Assembly: GCA_037446635.1 (NCBI GenBank)
Contig: JBBIIG010000051.1
Coordinates: 1 to 29,812, forward strand
Reading direction: 5' to 3'
Source of the DNA: a bacterium
Lineage (GTDB): Bacteria; Zhuqueibacterota; Zhuqueibacteria; Oceanimicrobiales; Oceanimicrobiaceae
Length of the DNA: 29,812 nt
Shown piece by piece: positions 25,701-29,812 of the stretch; position 1 is the first letter of the stretch; every line of letters starts with the position of its first letter. The translations under genes and the position numbers were made by a program. The notes beneath the pieces are model-generated. The model had not been told where the DNA came from. It was given only the letters and a program-made list of their open reading frames with translations, and did no database searches.

Positions 25701-26632
25701 GACGAGCTTTTGCGCACCCGCAGCTCATTGGCGCCGCCGTAGTTGTTCGTTGGATAATTGGAGCGCACGAACGAATCGTCCGTCGGCGAAAAGGAGACTG
25801 AGCCGCCCCCGGCCGGCGGCTGCGTAACCGTAAACGCCGCTGCGCTGACTGCCGTGCCGGCGGAGGTGGTCACGGTAATCGCGCCGCTGCTGGCACCGCT
25901 GGGAACCGCGGCGCGCACCTGCGTTGGGGAATCCACGGTGAAACTGGCCGCCGCGCCGTTGAACAGCACCTGCGTCACGTTCACAAAATGATTGCCCGTG
26001 ATGGTCACCGGCGTCCCCGCTGAACCGCTGCTGGGCGTAAACGAAGAAATCACCGGCGCCGCGGGGGCCGCGCCGCCGGTTTCGATGATCAGTTGCGGCG
26101 GCTGACTTCCTTCTTTAGAGGAGTACGTGGCGAGATCGTTATGTTGATTGGCAATGGCAAAACTATACACCCCTTCGGCGGCGATGGCGGCTGCGACATC
26201 GAATTCCACCAAGCTGCCGAGGGCCACCGCGCCCACCGAACTTAAAGAGCTGCCGCCCACCGCGGGCGCGTTGTTATAAATCACCGTCGATTGCGTCCAC
26301 GGCGTCGCGCTGCCGTTAAGGTTGTTGGAAACCGAATAGATGGCGCCGCCATCGACGCTGCCGTCTTCCACGTAAAGCCGCAGCTTCGCTTGCTGCACCG
26401 GCCCGGCAAGACCGGTTACATTAAATTTCAAAAAAGAGATGACTTTATCCGAATGGGGACTGCGAACACGGAGCACGGAGTGGCTGCCGTAATTGCCAGT
26501 GGGATTGGCCGAACGCACAAAAGCGTCATCGCTGGGGAGGAACGTTTGAACGGTCTGCGCCGGTAAATGAGCCACAAAAGATGAAATGAAAAAGAAAAGG
26601 AATGTCGAAAAAAAGTTGACTCTCTGCATCAT
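22748..26632 (-). CDS. Secreted modular protein: 3x CBM96/DNRLRE-like, 3x IPT/TIG, SGNH esterase, dockerin/cohesin-like region, T9SS/FlgD-like C-terminal domain
   Basis: 3x F.P..D.FVRS..PT.NYG....LRVR...YLKF.V...SSKEG...P.L; IPT I.SF.P.SG..G..VTI.G; SGNH LGDSIT, GHSG, IGTND, DDVHPN; GDRDGSGNVDLAD; PPPPPPP and (EPD)n-type linkers; FQNYPNPFN...RKLTMVK. Confidence 0.85.
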   Translation of the reverse strand: MMQRVNFFSTFLFFFISSFVAHLPAQTVQTFLPSDDAFVRSANPTGNYGSHSVLRVRSPHSDKVISFLKFNVTGLAGPVQQAKLRLYVEDGSVDGGAIYSVSNNLNGSATPWTQSTVIYNNAPAVGGSSLSSVGAVALGSLVEFDVAAAIAAEGVYSFAIANQHNDLATYSSKEGSQPPQLIIETGGAAPAAPVISSFTPSSGSAGTPVTITGNHFVNVTQVLFNGAAASFTVDSPTQVRAAVPSGASSGAITVTTSAGTAVSAAAFTVTQPPAGGGSVSFSPTDDSFVRSNYPTNNYGGANELRVRKSSSADFITYLKFNVAGLTASVQQAKIRLQVIDESADGGAIFLVANNFNGTSSSWNEANLDFNNAPELNGSPLSSLGGVALGETVEFDVSAAVTGSGVYSFAIRSATNDLANYSSKEGVQSPQLVIQMSGDSQPPPPPPPAPTITSFSPTSGAVGSEVTITGSGFSGVTGVAFNGAAAASFVVSSTTQIRAVVPSNAATGPIGVSNSSGTGTSAQNFIVNEPEPDPEPDPEPDPDPSPSGTFTFHPVEDAFVRSNYPTNNYGGADELRVRKSSSADFVSYLKFNVSGLSGAVQRAALRLWVIDASVEGGAIYSVSNNFSASSSPWNEDNLNATNAPAITGSPLSSRGAVDLNEVVEFDVTAAISGDGVYSFAIKTNANDLANYSSKEGAQIPELVIETGEGSSTLPSIASFSPASGGAGTEVTIVGANFIGAAGGGTSGTIRIMPLGDSITQGVHGSTDNAGYRNDLAEMLGSSGVSYNFVGTRNHGSGFDSDHEGHSGYRADEILAELNSYLTSNPPDMILLHIGTNDMSELQTPASTLNEISAILDAIKTFDANIVTILASVIPRSDSKNGATNTLNNYIRDLIPVKQNSGHNVFYAGMNEAFVSNSSWSTQYLADDVHPNDAGYSVMAGVWLDAILSTLGISPNLTVRFNGAVAAAVTIDSENQIRARVPAGATTGKISVTTAFGTGFSASDFVATSSALTFKTTASQPLSLMEMEQMVLGKSSFDPRGDRDGSGNVDLADVLQLMDGDGHSAANIQFSKQELSEAEAASAFRIVAGEKDLAIASIKPIVLRGFFIHLKFDPAKMRFSSPLELENEHNLLIRSHVGDDYVTLIGYLKKAGQSVFVEDVVVKLPVEILAAGWSAEDVFVRRAMLVAPATQTDEQSELENEPLPTEFALFQNYPNPFNAGTEIKFNLPERTRVALKIFNIKGELVRTLFDEERAPGQYRLHWDGKDDRGSLAASGVYVYRLQTPRWEAARKLTMVK

Positions 26633-26732
26633 CGCGCCTGTTGTTGTTCAAAATGTGAGCCGTTTTTAAAAAGCGGGAACGTCGAACTTTTAATAGGGGC
26701 AAAGCGGAAATTTTGCAGAGAAAAAAACGAGG

Positions 26733-27512
26733 TTACTTTGGCAGGGTTCCGAAATGTTGTGCTACCATCGACTGCACCACCGGCGGAAAAATTTCCGCCA
26801 CGTCGCCTTCAAGTCGAAGCCTCACCGCCGGATGGGTATCGAGATCCGTCGGCCCGCGGTTGATGATCACCAACGGCGCACCCCGCTGCGCCGCCAGCAG
26901 CGGGATGGACGCCGCCGGATAAACCGACAGCGTCGAGCCCAGCGCCACCACCAGATCGGCTTCCTCCGCCGCCTGGGCGGCTCGCCGCAAATCTTCCTCC
27001 CGCAAACTCTGGCCGAAACTAATGGTCGCCGGTTTCAAATAGCCGCCACAGGGGCAGAGCGGCGCTTGGCGATTTTTTTTGAAATTTTCAAAATGCTGGT
27101 CGGGATCTGTGCGGCGGTGGCACGTTTGGCATTCCACCCACAAATTGGTGCCGTGCAACTCCACCAATTTTTCGGGTGAGGTGCCGGCGCGGGTATGCAG
27201 CCCATCGATATTTTGGGTTACGAGCATCAGCAACTTGCCCGCTTTCTCAAGATCGACCGCAGCGTAATGAACGGCATTGGGCTGCGCGGCGCGAAAGGCG
27301 TTCCACCCTTCCAACTTCTGATCCCAGTACTCAATGCGCGCTTCCTCAGATCTCATAAAATCCTGATAGTACACTGGCTGACGGCGCGTCCACACGCCTT
27401 GCGGGCCGCGGTAATCAGGGATGCCGCTGCCGGTGGAAATGCCCGCGCCGGTAAAAATCAAAATTTTTTTAGCACGATTCAGAAACTCTGCCAGTTCGGA
27501 GTTGGGCTTCAT
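26733..27512 (-). CDS. cobB: NAD-dependent protein deacylase (Sir2 family)
   Basis: TGAGISTGSGIPDYRG, TQNIDGLH, ELHG, CQTC...CPCGG, LKP..I.FG, GSTL.VYPAA, IIN. Confidence 0.93.
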   Translation of the reverse strand: MKPNSELAEFLNRAKKILIFTGAGISTGSGIPDYRGPQGVWTRRQPVYYQDFMRSEEARIEYWDQKLEGWNAFRAAQPNAVHYAAVDLEKAGKLLMLVTQNIDGLHTRAGTSPEKLVELHGTNLWVECQTCHRRTDPDQHFENFKKNRQAPLCPCGGYLKPATISFGQSLREEDLRRAAQAAEEADLVVALGSTLSVYPAASIPLLAAQRGAPLVIINRGPTDLDTHPAVRLRLEGDVAEIFPPVVQSMVAQHFGTLPK

Positions 27513-27559
27513 AAAGTCAAAGAAAAAACTGTGCAGCTAATCGACAAGAGCTAATCTGC

Positions 27560-27598
27560 TTGACACAAGTGTCAATCCCACGCCGAGCGTGGGATTGA
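27560..27598. repeat. Overlapping palindromes upstream of the sirtuin gene
   Basis: TTGACAC-AA-GTGTCAA (27560-27575) overlaps TCAATCCCACGC-CGA-GCGTGGGATTGA (27572-27598). Confidence 0.7.
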
Positions 27599-27604
27599 GA
27601 AGAA

Positions 27605-27760
27605 GGGCTGTCCCAAAGGCCCGTTTGTCACTCCCGCATGCTTTTAGCGGGAGTCTATTCCGCGAAGCAGATCGGCTTTGCCGGAAGCCGCTGATTTATG
27701 GATGCCCGCTAAAAGCATACGGGCATGACAGTCATCAAAAAATGCTGTTTTGAACAACCC
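27605..27760 (+). mobile_element. MITE/REP-like composite element, copy B
   Basis: GGGCTGTCCCAAA ... TTTTGAACAACCC ends; inner REP doublet TGTCACTCCCGCATGCTTTTAGCGGG / CCCGCTAAAAGCATACGGGCATGACA enclosing a TTCCGCGAAGC...CCGGAA unit. Confidence 0.7.
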
Positions 27761-27843
27761 CTTTAGAAAAACGCATGTGTGAGATTGAAAAAAATCCGAC
27801 CTTTAATCTGAAAGCGCGATTTTGCTAAACCTGCTCTCCGTCA

Positions 27844-27880
27844 GGTTTCTCGACTCCGCTGCGCTCCGCTCGAAACGACA
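27844..27880. repeat. REP-like hairpin ending in GACA
   Basis: GGTTTCTCGACTCCGCTGCGCTCCGCTCGAAACGACA. Confidence 0.45.
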
Positions 27881-27921
27881 GGCGTCGGCGTACTCGGCGC
27901 ACTCCCAAGCTCATTCGGAAC

Positions 27922-28482
27922 TCAAACCAGATGCCCGCGCCGCCACGGCCGCTCCACCACCAACTCCGGATGCTCGCGCCGAAAGGTTTCTGCAACATGG
28001 CAATTCCAGCACACCGGCTTGTGGGTTTGGAGTACTTCCGGCAGCTCCTCCACTGCGATCTGCGGCCACTCGAAGGTCTTGAGGTCCGACATGCGCATGA
28101 GCGCCGGCTTGTGGTCGTGCCAATGAATTTCAACAAATGGCTTGCTGCACAACACACAGGTTTTGCCCTGATACCACTCGGCAACGATGGTTCGCACCAG
28201 GCAGTTTTCCGGTCCCTGCTCGATCTGCCGCAAACATTCCTGTCCGCAATTCTGACGCTCCGGCCAGCGAGTGCAGGATTTCAGGTGCAGCGACGACTCG
28301 CGGCGGATCGTATGAAGCATCGCATCTTTCAGATCGACTTCCACTCCGGCCGGCTTTTCGGTCTCCGGACAGGTCACCAGCATTTTGCCCTGAAAGTGGG
28401 CGAGAGTTTTCACCAGCAACCATACCACCGCAAACACCGCGGCGGCAAGGGCTATCAAAAGAAAATACATGAGCGCCGACAT
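27922..28482 (-). CDS. Membrane-anchored Cys-rich hypothetical protein
   Basis: N-terminal TM; TCPET, SCTRWPERQNCGQEC, NC, CVLC, CWNCH; strong GGGAGGTG SD. Confidence 0.85.
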   Translation of the reverse strand: MSALMYFLLIALAAAVFAVVWLLVKTLAHFQGKMLVTCPETEKPAGVEVDLKDAMLHTIRRESSLHLKSCTRWPERQNCGQECLRQIEQGPENCLVRTIVAEWYQGKTCVLCSKPFVEIHWHDHKPALMRMSDLKTFEWPQIAVEELPEVLQTHKPVCWNCHVAETFRREHPELVVERPWRRGHLV

Positions 28483-28528
28483 GGAAACACCTCCCTTGAG
28501 GTTGTTAGACAGGCCAGTGTCATTTTCT

Positions 28529-28543
28529 TCAAAAGATATGCCA
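28529..28543 (-). promoter_or_regulatory. Putative sigma54 promoter
   Basis: TGGCAT-ATCTT-TTGA; -12 is GA. Weak IHF-like ATCCAACAACTTA at 28573-28561. Confidence 0.5.
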
Positions 28544-28675
28544 GGGGTGGAGAGCGGGGCTAAGTTGTTGGATATCAGGAGACGGTAACAAAGTTCATCA
28601 CCAAAATCTTCTTAATTTTGAGAAGTGGGTTACTAAATTTAGGAAGCCTCGCCAGAGCAAAAAGGGGGGCCGAAT

Positions 28676-28767
28676 TCTCCTCCCCCAAATTTGGGGGAGG
28701 TCGGGAAGGGGTCCCCCGCCTAACCTCCCCCATCTTTAAAAAACCAAAAAGAAAAATGGAGGAGGAG
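28676..28767 (-). repeat. Two-hairpin REP-like element (copy 2; homolog of 15165-15263)
   Basis: CCTCCCCCAAATTTGGGGGAGG-TCGGGAAGGGG...CCTCCCCCATCTTT...AAAATGGAGGAGG. Confidence 0.8.
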
Positions 28768-28787
28768 TTGTTCCTAAGAACAGACTC

Positions 28788-29348
28788 TCACTTCAACAAA
28801 GTCATTTTTTTGGTTTGACGAAAACTTCTTTCACTTTTTTGCTGCGGCTGCGCGATGAGCGAATAAAAATAGACGCCGTCCCGCCGGAATCGTCGCGGCC
28901 GTTCCACGCGGCGTGGTGGAAACCCGCCGCCACCTCCTCGCGATCCAAAAGCACCCGCACCAGACGGCCGCGGATATCGTAAATTCTCAAGCTCACTTGC
29001 GACGCCAGCGGCAACTCAAACTTAATCTGAGTCTCGGGATTGAACGGGTTGGGATGGTTTTGCTCCAAACCAAAAGCCTCCGGCTTCGAGCTCGTTTCCG
29101 CGATAATCGGCCACGGAAATGCTGTACCGATCGCCGGCGTTGCTGTCGCGCAAGCCCCAAGCGGCGCCGCTTTCGACAAAATGCGTTGCCGATGACGCCG
29201 TGCTTGTGGCGGCGGATGATTTTGTCTGCAACGGAGTTTGTGCGATGACATCGTGCGCCGCTTTGAACCCATGCGGGGTTGAGACGCCAAAGATGATGAT
29301 GAGTGAAATGGCCAGGCCAGTCATGAGCCAAACGGTTGCTCTGTGCAT
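28788..29348 (-). pseudogene. Collapsed secreted-protein gene (signal peptide + FG-GAP-like fragment + FlgD-like C-terminal domain) with two frame breaks
   Basis: Frame 1: signal peptide...HFVESGAAWGL...ISVADY. Frame 2 (from ~29100): PEAFGLEQNHPNPFNPET...WNGRDDSG. After a second break (~28880): GVYFYSLIAQ...QTKKMTLLK-TGA at 28788. Confidence 0.8.
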
Positions 29349-29401
29349 CGTGCTTCTCCTGTGTTTGGTTGGGATTGTGTTGTTTGGTTAATTATTGATT
29401 C

Positions 29402-29486
29402 ATAGCGCAAGCCGGCAAGCCTGCGGAAATTGAGTTTCGCAAGAACTCGTTAGAATCAACTCCGGCAGGCTGGTAGCCTGCGCTAC
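29402..29486. repeat. Inverted GTAG-REP doublet (REPIN-like)
   Basis: ATAGCGCAAGCCGGCAAGCCTGC (29402-29424) and GCAGGCTGGTAGCCTGCGCTAC (29465-29486); the right unit contains the TAG stop of the upstream gene. Confidence 0.75.
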
Positions 29487-29812
29487 TTCACAAAAAGCGC
29501 CTTGCGCGTTTGGGTAAATTGTCCGGCCTGGAGTTGATAAAAATAAACACCGCTCGGAAGACGGCTCGCATCAAATAGAGCCGCATGCGCGCCCGCATTC
29601 ATCGCGCCCTCAATCAACCTCGCCACTTCTCTGCCATTCACATCAAAGACTTTCAGCGTCACGTAACTGTTTACTGGTAACTGAAAACTGATGACTGTAC
29701 TCGGGTTGAAGGGGTTGGGATAGTTTTGGTGCAAGCTGAGGCTTTGCGGAATTGGAGCCTGCGGCCTGTCGTCAACTGAGGTGATGCTGTCGCTGAATTT
29801 CACAATCGCGCC
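29483..29812 (-). CDS. 3' end of a secreted protein (T9SS-like C-terminal domain only; 5' part outside window)
   Basis: ITSVD...LHQNYPNPFNPST...SGVYFYQL...TRKALFVK; frame open to the window edge. Confidence 0.88.
   Translation of the reverse strand, partial: GAIVKFSDSITSVDDRPQAPIPQSLSLHQNYPNPFNPSTVISFQLPVNSYVTLKVFDVNGREVARLIEGAMNAGAHAALFDASRLPSGVYFYQLQAGQFTQTRKALFVK

Noticed and set aside
26646..26662. sigma54-like CGGCTC-N5-TTGA upstream of the 1294-aa gene
   Set aside because: Several mismatches and too close to the start codon.
26733..27512. Sir2 as an anti-phage defence effector (Thoeris/DSR type)
   Set aside because: It is a classical Zn-binding CobB-type deacylase with no fused or adjacent defence domains.

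Overview
Bacterial chromosomal window. Several secreted proteins end in a 'QNYPNPFNP...KM.L.K' T9SS/FlgD-like C-terminal domain, suggesting an FCB-associated lineage such as KSB1/Calditrichota (inference). The left third (1-9.2 kb, minus strand) is housekeeping: serB-selA, CIRCE-controlled groES-groEL, and folB-folK-deoxynucleoside kinase-small membrane proteins-NSS transporter-YfiM-like-purF. The rest is accessory. (1) A yciH-oxidoreductase-NtrC-family operon precedes a putative sigma54 promoter upstream of a CX4CH cytochrome-c-like lipoprotein and a 4xCHRD secreted protein. (2) An NHEJ locus (LigD POL-PE-LIG, Ku) is followed by a degenerate nuclease-like ORF and a TPR protein with an exact QLSLF beta-clamp motif. 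(3) A sigma54-preceded alginate-lyase-like gene lies next to a 1294-aa protein with three CBM96-like modules and an SGNH esterase inserted inside an IPT domain. (4) A sirtuin, a Cys-rich membrane-anchored protein and a doubly frameshifted pseudogene follow. Many intergenic regions hold short palindromic REP/MITE-like elements, including a filled/empty pair showing nested insertion. No rRNA, tRNA, CRISPR array or transposase was recognised. All family calls come from motif recognition, not database searches.
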